DNA from: Candidatus Omnitrophota bacterium
GTDB taxonomy: Bacteria > Omnitrophota > Gorgyraeia > DTHP01
DNA length: 64,000 nucleotides
NCBI GenBank assembly: GCA_023819145.1
Contig: JAMWCW010000001.1
Location: forward strand, 154,474-218,473
Direction: 5' to 3'
In this document: positions 1-9,319 of the stretch, in pieces
Layout: every line of letters begins with the position of its first letter
Numbering within the stretch: position 1 is the first letter of the stretch
Translations under genes and position numbers: made by a program
The notes under the pieces: generated by a model
What the model was told of the DNA's origin: nothing
The model's input: the letters and a program-made list of their open reading frames with translations, nothing else
Databases searched by the model: none

Positions 1-63
1 AAATTTTTATAATTAAAATAAGAGAAAAATTAAATTTTTTTGATTTTTACAGGAGGTGAGCTT

Positions 64-228
64 ATGCCTGTATATGAATTTCAATGTATAAAATGCAGTC
101 AGAACTTTGAAGTAAAATGCTCTTTGGAAGAATACAGGAAAATGAAACCCGCTTGTCCTAAATGTAAAAGTGAAATGGTAGAAAGGAAAATTTCTCTTTT
201 CTATGCCCAGACCGAATCTAAGACATGA
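64..228 (+). CDS. FmdB-family zinc-ribbon protein (CxxC...CxxC)
   Basis: MPVYEFQCIKC...CPKCKS motif pair. ATG at 64 follows GGAGGTG. Its stop overlaps the next start (ATGA). Confidence 0.6.
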   Translation: MPVYEFQCIKCSQNFEVKCSLEEYRKMKPACPKCKSEMVERKISLFYAQTESKT

Positions 229-707
229 AGATAGGAATTATCTCTGATACTCATGATAATCTTGATAACGCAGAGAAAGCCTTAAATTTATTTAAAGAGC
301 AAGGAGTGGATTTCTTTATTCATGCTGGAGACTTTGTCGCCCCTTTTTCTCTTAAGCCATATTTTGAAAAGGGGTTTGATTTTGTAGGTGTTTTTGGTAA
401 TAATGATGGAGAAATAATGGGATTGAAAGAAAAATCAAAAGGAAAGATTAAAGAGCCTCCCTTTATTTTTAATCTTGGAGATAAAGAAATTCTTGTAGTT
501 CACGAATTATCTCAAATTAGAAACCTTAACCAACACAATCTTCCTGCGGTGGTTGTTTCAGGGCATACGCATATCGCCGAGATAAAAAAAGAGAAAAACA
601 CTCTTTTTATAAATCCGGGAGAAGCAGGGGGGTGGCTTACGGGGAGAGCGACCTGCGCTATCCTTGATCTTGATAAGATGGAAGCAGAAATTATTGAGGT
701 AAAATAG
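225..707 (+). CDS. Metallophosphoesterase, MJ0936/YfcE family
   Basis: N-terminal GIISDTHDN and GDFV motifs, plus GHTH, are typical of calcineurin-like phosphoesterases. Confidence 0.75.
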   Translation: MKIGIISDTHDNLDNAEKALNLFKEQGVDFFIHAGDFVAPFSLKPYFEKGFDFVGVFGNNDGEIMGLKEKSKGKIKEPPFIFNLGDKEILVVHELSQIRNLNQHNLPAVVVSGHTHIAEIKKEKNTLFINPGEAGGWLTGRATCAILDLDKMEAEIIEVK

Positions 708-717
708 GAGGACACTT

Positions 718-1062
718 ATGCCTATAATGGATATAAATATCATACCTATTGGAACGAAGGGAACATCTTTAAGTAAATATGTTGCTTGTGCCGAGAAAGT
801 TTTAATGAGAGAGAAGGATGTTAAGATGCAAATTACGGCGATGGGAACCATAGTGGAATCAAGGTCTTTGAAGAGGCTTTTAGAAATTGCACAAAAGATG
901 CATCGAGCAGTTATTACTTCGGGAGCAAAGCGAGTTTTGACCAAAATAGAGATTGATGAGCGCAGAGATAAGCGAATAAGTATTGAGAGTAAAGTAAAAT
1001 CAGTTAAAGAAAAGTTTGGGAAGGAGGTGAAGAAGCATGGCAAAATTTCTGATGTTAGGTAA
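718..1062 (+). CDS. MTH1187/YkoF-family (DUF77) small protein
   Basis: About 110 aa. The N-terminus (IIPIGTKGTSLSKYVA...MQITAMGT) matches the MTH1187/YkoF fold family. Confidence 0.55.
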   Translation: MPIMDINIIPIGTKGTSLSKYVACAEKVLMREKDVKMQITAMGTIVESRSLKRLLEIAQKMHRAVITSGAKRVLTKIEIDERRDKRISIESKVKSVKEKFGKEVKKHGKISDVR

Positions 1063-1315
1063 GTATACTTTGGAAGGGATTAAGGGGATTAGTAAAGAGC
1101 GCACAAAAAAGGGGGCAGAGTTAATTGAGAAAGCAGGAGGGAAAGTGGAGAAAATGTATGTTCTCTTAGGAAACTACGACCTTGCTTTCTTGGCAGATTT
1201 TCCTGATAATACACAAGCGCTTAAGGCTTCGGTTGGACTCACAAAACTGACGGGGATTGGTTTTACTACCTGTCCTGCACTTAGTGTGGAGGAGTTTGAT
1301 AAGCTGGTAGGATAA
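1037..1315 (+). CDS. GYD-domain protein
   Basis: About 92 aa with LGKYTLEGIKG and GYD-like core. Overlaps the upstream gene by 26 nt. Confidence 0.55.
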   Translation: MAKFLMLGKYTLEGIKGISKERTKKGAELIEKAGGKVEKMYVLLGNYDLAFLADFPDNTQALKASVGLTKLTGIGFTTCPALSVEEFDKLVG

Positions 1316-1385
1316 TAGAGTAAGAAACAAAAAATATCAATTAAACATAAAAATTTAAGCATAAAATTAGGAGGGGGGAGGCAAG

Positions 1386-1718
1386 ATGTCAATCATTAAA
1401 GAATTTAAGGAGTTTGCGGTTAAAGGGAATGCTATTGATATGGCAGTAGGTATTATTATTGGTGCTGCTTTTGGTAAAGTGATAACTTCACTGGTTAATG
1501 ATGTGATTATGCCTCCCATCGGGCTACTCATCGGAGGAGTGGATTTTAAAGATTTGAAATTGGTTCTAAAGCAAGCTGTGCTTGATAAGCCCGAAGTTGC
1601 CTTGAATTATGGTAAATTTATCAATACATTGCTTGATTTCTTAATCGTGGCCTTTGCTATTTTTATAATGGTTAAGGCAATTAATACTCTAAAGAAAAAA
1701 GCACAAGCAACAAAATAA
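1386..1718 (+). CDS. mscL: Large-conductance mechanosensitive channel
   Basis: [30 protein letters not shown] is the canonical MscL N-terminus. Strong RBS (GGAGGGGGGAGG) upstream. Confidence 0.85.
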   Translation: MSIIKEFKEFAVKGNAIDMAVGIIIGAAFGKVITSLVNDVIMPPIGLLIGGVDFKDLKLVLKQAVLDKPEVALNYGKFINTLLDFLIVAFAIFIMVKAINTLKKKAQATK

Positions 1719-1862
1719 ACTTAAGTCTATAGAATTTATTAGTTAATCAAAGAAGAAGTAGGGCTTTTTATTTCATAATTTTCAAAAAAGCATATATAGG
1801 CAGGTTGATACTGCTTAGTATACCTTAAAAGGTCTTAAGAACTTTCTTTAAGTCAGTTACCT

Positions 1863-3118
1863 TCAAAAGTAGCTGAGAAGGGGTTGTTTTTTTACCTCTC
1901 GCACTTCTCTAATTCTTCGAGAAAGTAAAAGCACTACCAGCCAACGTAAAGAACTTGAAACTAGGAAAAGGAGAAGAATTTTATAGCCTCTTAAAGGAGG
2001 AAGGTATTTTACTAAGAAACCTCCTAAAAACGCTCCTAGACAGAGAGCTATTCCATTAAAGACATTAAAATAGGCAACGCACCGCGTTCTTTTCTGAGGG
2101 GTTACTGCATCAAGAATAAAATTTGTTGCTGAAAGGTTAAATCCCGACCAGGCAAATCCTGATAGTGCTTGGATAAAAAATAGGTAAAGAGGGTTTTGAT
2201 TAATAATCCAGAGAAAAGGAAGACAGGCAATAAAATGGGAAGTAATCTTTAGAATCCGCACATTCCCTACTTCATCTGCCATCCTCCCCCAACGGTCAAC
2301 CAAAATGATGGAAAACATTGCTACGGTTGTAACCAAAATGGTATAGGTCAAATAATTAAATTTGAGGTCTCTGAGCATAAATACTGAGAAAAAGGGAGCG
2401 GCGATATTCACAGAGAAGTTTAGTCCAGAGACAAAGGTTACAAATTTCAAAAAATTTGACTCCCTGATGCGTCTAATAAAATCTAAGAAACTAAAATATG
2501 ATTCAGGTCTGTTCCTAAAAGGAGGTTCATACATCCGGATTAAGAAAAACCAAGAGAGCATTCTAAAGATAAATGATAGGCTAAAAATAATAACAAAGCC
2601 TTTTAACGGTTTTTGTTTCAAAAAATGCAATATAAATCCGGAAATAAAGGAAGCACTGATTATTATGGTTTGAAAAAGTTTATTTCTTTTACCAAAGAAT
2701 TTACCCCTTTTTTGCCAAGGAATATATTCAGAGATTAAAGAAGTCCAAGGTGGCCCGGCGAAGGCATTTAAGCTGTTGAGTAGAGCTACAAAAAGAATAA
2801 GAAAAAACACGGTATTTTCTTTGAAGATGTAAGGAATAAAGACAAGTGGTATAAACATTAGGGCATGTAAAAGAACAAAGATATTAATAATCTTTTTCCT
2901 GCTTTTCATTTTTTCTGTGAAATCCGCGGATTTAGTTGGACTAAAGAAGATGAAAGATTGGATAAGGCGGAGAGAGTTCCTATTTGTTTTACATTTGCTT
3001 TCAAAGCCAAGGCATAAGGAGTGATATAATCGGTAGTCAATCCAAACATACAAGAGGCAAAAATCCCATCCCACAAAGAATAACCAATGCTTTTTCTAAT
3101 TTTATTTTGCTTATTCAT
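1863..3118 (-). CDS. MFS transporter, reading frame interrupted by a 1-nt slip in a T6/A6 homopolymer (possible pseudogene or sequencing error)
   Basis: The MFS TM1 region (SIGYSLWDGIFASCMFGLTTDYITPYALALKANVKQIGTLSALSNLSS) lies in ORF 2906..3118. The remaining 11 TM-like segments lie in ORF 1863..3074 in another frame. Adding one A to the A6 run (plus-strand T6 at about 2909-2914) fuses them. Confidence 0.6.
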
Positions 3119-3148
3119 ATTTTTATATTATAATAAAAAAATAAAAAG

Positions 3149-4225
3149 ATGAAAACGGGGATAGCACACCTGCCTTTGCATTATGGTAAAGCTCCTTCCT
3201 GGCTCTTTACCCGAATGAAAGTTCTTGCCCGCGAAATTATTTTAATTATAGTTAAGGAATTTGGGCAAGAGGAGATTTTATTTAAACTATCTGACCCTTT
3301 TTGGTTCCAAGCGTTTGGTTGCGTTTTAGGTTTTGACTGGCATTCTTCAGGGTTGACTACCACGGTTTGTGGGGCAATCAAAGAAGGGTTAAGGGATGTT
3401 TCCAAAGAGTTGGGAATTTTTGTCTGCGGAGGCAAAGGTGGGGTTGCGCGTAAGACTCCTCAGGAAATAGAGCAGCTTGCGGAGAAAAGATTCATTGAGG
3501 TTTCACCCGAACGACTTGTCTATGCCAGCAAGATGTCTGCTAAAGTAGATTCTACTGCTTTGCAGGACGGTTATCAAATTTATCATCACAGTTTTATCTT
3601 GACCCGCGACGGCCAATGGTGTGTAATCCAACAGGGAATGAACAAAGATACACGTTGGGCAAGAAGATATCACTGGTTGAGCAAGAATTTGGAGGATTTT
3701 GTTTGCGAACCCCATAAGGCGATTTGCTGTGACCAAAGAGGTAGAGTTCTAAATATGGTGGCAAAAGAGAGTTCATCGGCGAGAGCAATGAGTGTTATTT
3801 TGTCGCGAGAAAAACCCCAAAAAGTTTTGGAAGAATTTAGGAAAGTTAAAGAATTAAAATTATCCTCAAAGCATCCTTTATCTTTCAGGAATATTCGTCC
3901 AGAAAATTTAAGAAAAATTTTACTAAAGACTTATGAAGAAAGACCAGAAAATTTTGAAGAACTTCTCGCCATAGAAGGGGTAGGCCCAAAAACTATTCGT
4001 GCTTTAGCGCTTATTTCTGAGTTAATCTATGGTAAGAAGGTTTCTTTTTATGACCCGGTGAATTTTGCCTTTGCGCATGGTGGAAAAGATGGCTATCCTT
4101 ATCCGGTAAATAGAAGAACATACGATTTATCTATTCAGGTTTTAAAGGATTGTCTTAATCAGGCAAAGATAGGCGAATATGATAAATTGAGAGCATTAAG
4201 GAAGTTATCTCTTTTTGTTGTTTAG
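3149..4225 (+). CDS. DUF763-family protein
   Basis: N-terminus MKTGIAHLPLHYGKAPSWLF plus a C-terminal HhH-like LLAIEGVGPKTIRALALISEL segment. The family is recalled from memory, not searched. Confidence 0.5.
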   Translation: MKTGIAHLPLHYGKAPSWLFTRMKVLAREIILIIVKEFGQEEILFKLSDPFWFQAFGCVLGFDWHSSGLTTTVCGAIKEGLRDVSKELGIFVCGGKGGVARKTPQEIEQLAEKRFIEVSPERLVYASKMSAKVDSTALQDGYQIYHHSFILTRDGQWCVIQQGMNKDTRWARRYHWLSKNLEDFVCEPHKAICCDQRGRVLNMVAKESSSARAMSVILSREKPQKVLEEFRKVKELKLSSKHPLSFRNIRPENLRKILLKTYEERPENFEELLAIEGVGPKTIRALALISELIYGKKVSFYDPVNFAFAHGGKDGYPYPVNRRTYDLSIQVLKDCLNQAKIGEYDKLRALRKLSLFVV

Positions 4226-4310
4226 TAATTTTTTAAATGAGGGTTATTCATTTTTGTTGCAAAATTCTCTTTATTGTTATAAGGTATAGTAGCTAACCTA
4301 ATATACGCTC

Positions 4311-5354
4311 ATGAGCTTAAAAAAGTTTAAGACGTTTTCTAGAAAAATAGTTTTATTGATTCTTCTATTGTCATTTATTTATTCTGAACGGGCAATTCCT
4401 GCGGAAATAAATGATTATTTGGATAAGCTTATTTTTGTTGATTTACAGACTTCTGCGGTAACCATAGAAATGTATAAATATTTGGGATGGGTTGAGGATC
4501 GGAACGAATGGGGCAGGGCTTCGCTCAAAGCTATAGGAGATTTAGAAAAAATAAAAGAACATCTTGAGAGTTTAGATTTTCCCGAGGAATTAAATGGACT
4601 GAAAAATATGTATGGGATAATTATTGCAAGTCTTAAATCAATCTATACAGGTATTGACCAAAAAGATGAAAGTAAGATTAAATCGGAGTTTAGAACTTTT
4701 AATACTCTATATGCCAAATATTCAGAGAACTTAAAGATGTTTAAGGATGTTAAGAAACAAGCGGGGACTTCAATGCCTGTAGAAGAAATTTTGAAATTTA
4801 TAGATAATGAAGAGGATAAAAACAATTTCCTGCAGGCGGTAAAGTTGATGAAGTCCAGAAAGTATCTGCAGGCTTATAGTATTTTAAATAAATTAAAAGA
4901 AAAATATTCAGGGACCGTTTTTGGAGATTGCGTTATGTTGAAAATAACCGATTGTTATCTCCGGGAAGACACCGACATTGAGGTAGTTAATCGCTATAAA
5001 GCGACTGAGGATGCTCTTATAGTTTTGAAAACAATTATTAACAAAAATGTCTATTCTCCTATTCTTTATGAGGCATTCTACAAATGGAGAACGATAGAAC
5101 AGGAGTTTAATCACGGCATGTCTAATATCTCAGATATACCCAATATGGAATATAATGAGCAACGATGGAAAATAGTTCAGGTAATAAAGGCATATCTTAA
5201 GGATAATCCACTTGACCGTTGGGCGAAAATACAGATTGACTTGCTTCTCGGTTTACCTAATATAAAACGTGGTGGTGCGATGGGGAATGATAACTTGATA
5301 CATTGGGGAGTGCTTTACACTGACCTTGCTCAGAGGATAAGCCCTAATTTCTAA
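4311..5354 (+). CDS. Hypothetical secreted protein (Sec-type signal peptide)
   Basis: Hydrophobic N-terminus IVLLILLLSFIYSERA. No recognisable domain. Very AT-rich codon usage. Confidence 0.5.
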   Translation: MSLKKFKTFSRKIVLLILLLSFIYSERAIPAEINDYLDKLIFVDLQTSAVTIEMYKYLGWVEDRNEWGRASLKAIGDLEKIKEHLESLDFPEELNGLKNMYGIIIASLKSIYTGIDQKDESKIKSEFRTFNTLYAKYSENLKMFKDVKKQAGTSMPVEEILKFIDNEEDKNNFLQAVKLMKSRKYLQAYSILNKLKEKYSGTVFGDCVMLKITDCYLREDTDIEVVNRYKATEDALIVLKTIINKNVYSPILYEAFYKWRTIEQEFNHGMSNISDIPNMEYNEQRWKIVQVIKAYLKDNPLDRWAKIQIDLLLGLPNIKRGGAMGNDNLIHWGVLYTDLAQRISPNF

Positions 5355-5455
5355 CCGCTATTTATCTCTCCTGGTGCTTTTAAGATGCGTATTAAAATTT
5401 TAGAAGAAAAACTCATTTCTATTTTTAAACAGTTCGATAAAATGGATAAAATCTA

Positions 5456-6451
5456 ATGAGAAAATTCCATTATTCCACTGATAGATATAATCGGTTAGTT
5501 ATAAAAGCAAAAAACAAAATGTATCCCGTAGAAGGAGAGTTTAAGATTAAGAATAATGAATTAATATTTTTTCCCCATCCCAAATCGCGTTTTACCAAAG
5601 AACTTGACTTACCACGGCGAATACAGTTTGAAGGTAGATGGAGATTGGATAAGAATCATAATCTCTGTCTGTTACTTGAGGATACGGATTACCATTATAA
5701 AGGAGACATACTTGAGATTAAGGGTAAGATAATTGCGGTTGAAGCCGAAGAACTGATTTTTCAGACCCGCTTTAAAAAAGCTCCAGAAGAAGAAAATATT
5801 ACTTTACTGCGTTTAGGAGGGAGGTGGCAGGCGGATGAATTTAATCAGTTGCTTTTTTTAGTTACACGGGATTTAGAAGAAGATGTTTTGAAATTTTCTT
5901 CTGGTTGGGAGGTAAACGAAAATTATAGCATTATCTACACTTATGAAAAAAGAGATTTACTTACGCGAGAGAAAACCGTAGAATATATAGAATTTAAAGG
6001 CTACTGGGAGATTTGTAAGAAGAGGCGCATAAGTTATGTTCTTGATTTTAAAAATAATTCTTTCTTTCAATTTGTGGGGTATTGGAATATTCCCGATGAG
6101 CGCGGAAGGGAAGGAGAGATTAAGTGCAGGATAGGGGTGGGAGTAAGAAAGCTCTACCGGGAGAACGTTTTCTCGCTTCTGGGCGAATGGCGGATTAAAG
6201 AAAAAAATAAACTTTTATTTGAGATAGAGTATAGAGACAAAGGCTTGCCAGGGATAGTTTTTAAGACAGAAATTAAGAGGCGTGATGATAAGAATTTAGT
6301 TTTTGCGCTTAAGAATAAAAATGGCGAGCCCTTGGGAATAGAGTTAAGTTTCGAAATGAGTTTTTTGAAAAAGAATAAGAAATTTTTTCTACGCTTTTTA
6401 AGTTCAGATAAAGAAAAACGTTTAGAAGGAGGATTAAGTTCTAACTGGTAG
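5456..6451 (+). CDS. Hypothetical protein with about five internal G-x-W...N-x-L-x-F repeats
   Basis: The repeated segments are FEGRWRLDKNHNLCLLLE, LGGRWQADEFNQLLFLV, FKGYWEICKKRRISYVL, FVGYWNIPDERG and LLGEWRIKEKNKLLFEIE. No signal peptide. Confidence 0.5.
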   Translation: MRKFHYSTDRYNRLVIKAKNKMYPVEGEFKIKNNELIFFPHPKSRFTKELDLPRRIQFEGRWRLDKNHNLCLLLEDTDYHYKGDILEIKGKIIAVEAEELIFQTRFKKAPEEENITLLRLGGRWQADEFNQLLFLVTRDLEEDVLKFSSGWEVNENYSIIYTYEKRDLLTREKTVEYIEFKGYWEICKKRRISYVLDFKNNSFFQFVGYWNIPDERGREGEIKCRIGVGVRKLYRENVFSLLGEWRIKEKNKLLFEIEYRDKGLPGIVFKTEIKRRDDKNLVFALKNKNGEPLGIELSFEMSFLKKNKKFFLRFLSSDKEKRLEGGLSSNW

Positions 6452-6472
6452 TTGCTTAAAGAAAGGAGAGAG

Positions 6473-7666
6473 ATGAGCATATCAAATAAGGTTAGTCAAA
6501 TCAGTCCGTCGTTAACCTTAGGGATTACCGCTAAGGTAAAACAGATGCAGAATGAAGGGATAAAGGTAATTGGTTTTGGCGCAGGAGAACCGGATTTTGA
6601 TACCCCTTTACATATTAAAGAGGAAGCAAAACGTGCCATTGAGCGTGGTTTTACAAAATATACTCCTTCTTCAGGAATAAGAGAATTAAAAGAAGCAATT
6701 TGTGCAAAATTTAAAAATGATAATCAATTAGATTTCTCTCCGGAAGAGGTAATCGTTTCCTGTGGAGCAAAACACGTTATTTTTAATGCTATCTTTACTC
6801 TTTGTGATGAAGATGATGAAGTAATTTTACCTTCTCCTTACTGGTTGAGTTATCCAGAAATGATTAAGTTAAGCGGTGCAAAGCCAGTGATTGTAGAAAC
6901 GAAGGCAGAAAATGGTTTTAAAATCACCCCACAGCAGATAGAGAAAGTAATCAATTCTAAAACAAAGCTTTTTATTCTCAATTCTCCCTCTAATCCTACA
7001 GGCATGGTTTACAATCGACAGGAATTAGAGGAAATTGCTAAGCTCTTAGTAAAGCATGGTATCTGGTGCATTTCTGATGAGATTTATGAAAAGCTTATCT
7101 ATGATAACGTAAAACATATCAGCATTGCTTCTTTTGGGGAGAATGTTAAGAAAAAAACATTGGTGGTAAACGGTGTTTCCAAAACTTATGCTATGACCGG
7201 GTGGCGCATTGGTTATTGTGCCGGTCCAAAAGAAATCATTCAGGCAATGTCCAATTTACAGGACCATTCTACATCCAATCCTGCTTCCATTTCTCAGATA
7301 GCTGCTTTGGAAGCATTGAGAGGAAGTCAGGAGGGTTTAAATAAAATGGTAAACGAATTCAGGAAAAGAAGAGACTGCATGGTAGAAAAGATAAATTCTT
7401 TGCCCTTGCTTAAAACAATTAAACCTCAAGGAGCATTCTATTGCTGGGTAGATATTTCGGGTATACTGGGTAAATCTCTTGATAAGAAATTGATTAAGAG
7501 TTCTTTGGATTTTACTGAAGTGCTCTTAAATTCAGCTCACGTAGCGGTTGTTCCCGGAGGCGCCTTTGGCGATGAACGATATATTAGGCTTTCTTATGCT
7601 ACCTCGATGGAGAATATTGTTGAGGGTTTGAAGAGAATTAAAGAATTTTTGGAAGAGAGGATTTAA
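6473..7666 (+). CDS. Class I pyridoxal-phosphate aminotransferase (aspartate/aromatic type)
   Basis: GAGEPDFDTP, SNPTG and SKTYAMTGWRIGY (PLP-lysine region) motifs. ATG at 6473 follows AGGAGAG. Confidence 0.85.
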   Translation: MSISNKVSQISPSLTLGITAKVKQMQNEGIKVIGFGAGEPDFDTPLHIKEEAKRAIERGFTKYTPSSGIRELKEAICAKFKNDNQLDFSPEEVIVSCGAKHVIFNAIFTLCDEDDEVILPSPYWLSYPEMIKLSGAKPVIVETKAENGFKITPQQIEKVINSKTKLFILNSPSNPTGMVYNRQELEEIAKLLVKHGIWCISDEIYEKLIYDNVKHISIASFGENVKKKTLVVNGVSKTYAMTGWRIGYCAGPKEIIQAMSNLQDHSTSNPASISQIAALEALRGSQEGLNKMVNEFRKRRDCMVEKINSLPLLKTIKPQGAFYCWVDISGILGKSLDKKLIKSSLDFTEVLLNSAHVAVVPGGAFGDERYIRLSYATSMENIVEGLKRIKEFLEERI

Positions 7667-7669
7667 AAG

Positions 7670-8929
7670 TTGAAAAGAGAGTTTGTTCTTTTTATTTTTT
7701 GGATATTTTTGGTGTTTCTCTTTCTAAACACAAAGAAAGTATACCCATATTTTTTAGAATTTTGGGATAAGGGAAGAGAATGGTTAAATCCCGAAATGCC
7801 TTTTTGTAGCGGTGTAGAAGAAAGTGAAGGAGTTCCTGCTAATGTAGGGAATCTGAATAGATTCTTATCTTCTATAGACAACATGGCGGGTCTATCTGGA
7901 GAAGATACGGATGGATATCCCATAGGAGATTTACTGCCCAAGGATTATGATTTTTTTTGGGAAGAGATGCGTTTTATAAATGCCCCTGATTATCTACGTA
8001 TTCCTACCTATGATGGCAGTGGACAGGCAGTACATCCCGATATAGTTTATTTTCCTCAAGGTTGGCAAGGTTATGCTTATTGGATGGTTTTTACTCCCTA
8101 TCCTTGGAGCAAACGGAGTTTTGAGAATCCATCGATTGTTGCTAGCCACGATGGTTTTTATTGGGAAGTTCCTCCGGGTTTGAAAAATCCTATCGTAGAG
8201 AGAGTGAACATGGGTTATCATGCCGACCCAGACCTTATTTACAATCAGGAAACCAATGAATTATGGATTTATTTTATGCGGTTTAAAGACAATAAAAGTT
8301 ATCTTTTTAGAATCCGTTCTTCCGATGGGATAAATTGGACTCAACCGGAATTGATATTGTGGGAACCCTTCTTTGGCATGCTTTCTCCTTCCATAGTTTA
8401 TAGAGAAGGAGTTTATCATCTTTGGTATGTAGATTCAGGAAGACAGGGTATTAATGCGAGCCATACCGAGGTTAAATATCGCACCTCTTACGACGGCGTT
8501 AATTGGAGCCAGGCAAGTAAAGTAAATATAAATATAGATGGTATTCAAATCTGGCATCTGGAGGTGAATTACATTCTCTCCCAAGGAGAGTTCTGGATGT
8601 TTTTTCCCGGCTTTAAAGAAGGCACTTCTGCTGATAGAACAGATTTATATTTTGCGAGAACAAATAATCCTCTTAATTGGACAACGCTACTTTCACCGGT
8701 ATTGACCAGAGGAACGGGAAAAATTTGGGATAATACAAGAATTTATCAGACAAGTTTTATTTATGATGAAGAAACCCAAGAAATCCATCTTTGGTATTCT
8801 GCAGGACAGAAGGTTTGGAAGGTTTTTTATATTATTCCCTATCCCACCTATCAGTGGAGGATTGGTTATACAAGCCTTAAAATTCCTTTAGTCCAAAGAA
8901 ACATCCCGGATTTGCGAAAGAACTTTTAA
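7670..8929 (+). CDS. Hypothetical secreted protein, possibly a beta-propeller glycosidase-like fold
   Basis: TTG start with a hydrophobic N-terminus. Repeated ...DG..W / NP.IV segments loosely resemble GH43/GH130-type propellers. No motif confirmed. Confidence 0.35.
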   Translation: MKREFVLFIFWIFLVFLFLNTKKVYPYFLEFWDKGREWLNPEMPFCSGVEESEGVPANVGNLNRFLSSIDNMAGLSGEDTDGYPIGDLLPKDYDFFWEEMRFINAPDYLRIPTYDGSGQAVHPDIVYFPQGWQGYAYWMVFTPYPWSKRSFENPSIVASHDGFYWEVPPGLKNPIVERVNMGYHADPDLIYNQETNELWIYFMRFKDNKSYLFRIRSSDGINWTQPELILWEPFFGMLSPSIVYREGVYHLWYVDSGRQGINASHTEVKYRTSYDGVNWSQASKVNINIDGIQIWHLEVNYILSQGEFWMFFPGFKEGTSADRTDLYFARTNNPLNWTTLLSPVLTRGTGKIWDNTRIYQTSFIYDEETQEIHLWYSAGQKVWKVFYIIPYPTYQWRIGYTSLKIPLVQRNIPDLRKNF

Positions 8930-8945
8930 GCTTTTTGGTTTATAA

Positions 8946-8974
8946 TTGACAAACTGAAAGAATTAAGATAATAT
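8946..8974 (+). promoter_or_regulatory. sigma70-like promoter upstream of rpsO-pnp (TTGACA-17-TAATAT)
   Basis: Consensus -35 and a near-consensus -10 with a 17-nt spacer, 74 nt upstream of the rpsO start. Confidence 0.5.
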
Positions 8975-9047
8975 ATTAAAATATCTAAAAGAGATGGATT
9001 CTTTTTGTTTTTTATGAGTTTAATATCGTGAAAGGAGGAGATAAAAA

Positions 9048-9317
9048 TTGGCACTACTTACCGAACAGAAAAAAAAGATAATTACTGATTTTCGGGTGCA
9101 TGAGAAAGATACCGGTTCCTGCGAGGTGCAGATTGCTTTACTTACAGAGAGGATAAATCTCTTATCCGAACACCTTAAGACCCATAAAAAAGACCATAGT
9201 TCTCGCAGAGGGCTACTAAAGTTGGTGGGGAAAAGAAGAAGATTGCTTGATTATTTAAAGAGGCACGACCGCAGAAGGTACGAGAAAATCATAAAGGTTC
9301 TTGACATACGGAAATAA
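9048..9317 (+). CDS. rpsO: 30S ribosomal protein S15
   Basis: [12 protein letters not shown]...[30 protein letters not shown] start 10 nt after AGGAGG. Confidence 0.9.
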   Translation: MALLTEQKKKIITDFRVHEKDTGSCEVQIALLTERINLLSEHLKTHKKDHSSRRGLLKLVGKRRRLLDYLKRHDRRRYEKIIKVLDIRK

Positions 9318-9319
9318 AG

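Noticed and set aside
558-1043. 161-aa minus-strand ORF and many similar antisense ORFs (for example 9505-9891, 13038-13340, 22580-22936, 37191-37697 and 63649-63948)
   Set aside because: They are embedded antisense in genes with clear homology (phosphoesterase, pnp, ftsK, htrA, antiporter, GH57). Their composition is low-complexity, typical of shadow ORFs.
2362-2673. 103-aa plus-strand ORF inside the MFS transporter gene
   Set aside because: It is antisense to a 12-TM transporter coding region, with no RBS and no homology signal.
5385-5456. 23-codon ORF MRIKILEEKLISIFKQFDKMDKI upstream of the repeat protein
   Set aside because: It has no RBS, is AT-rich and lacks support. It is probably chance.
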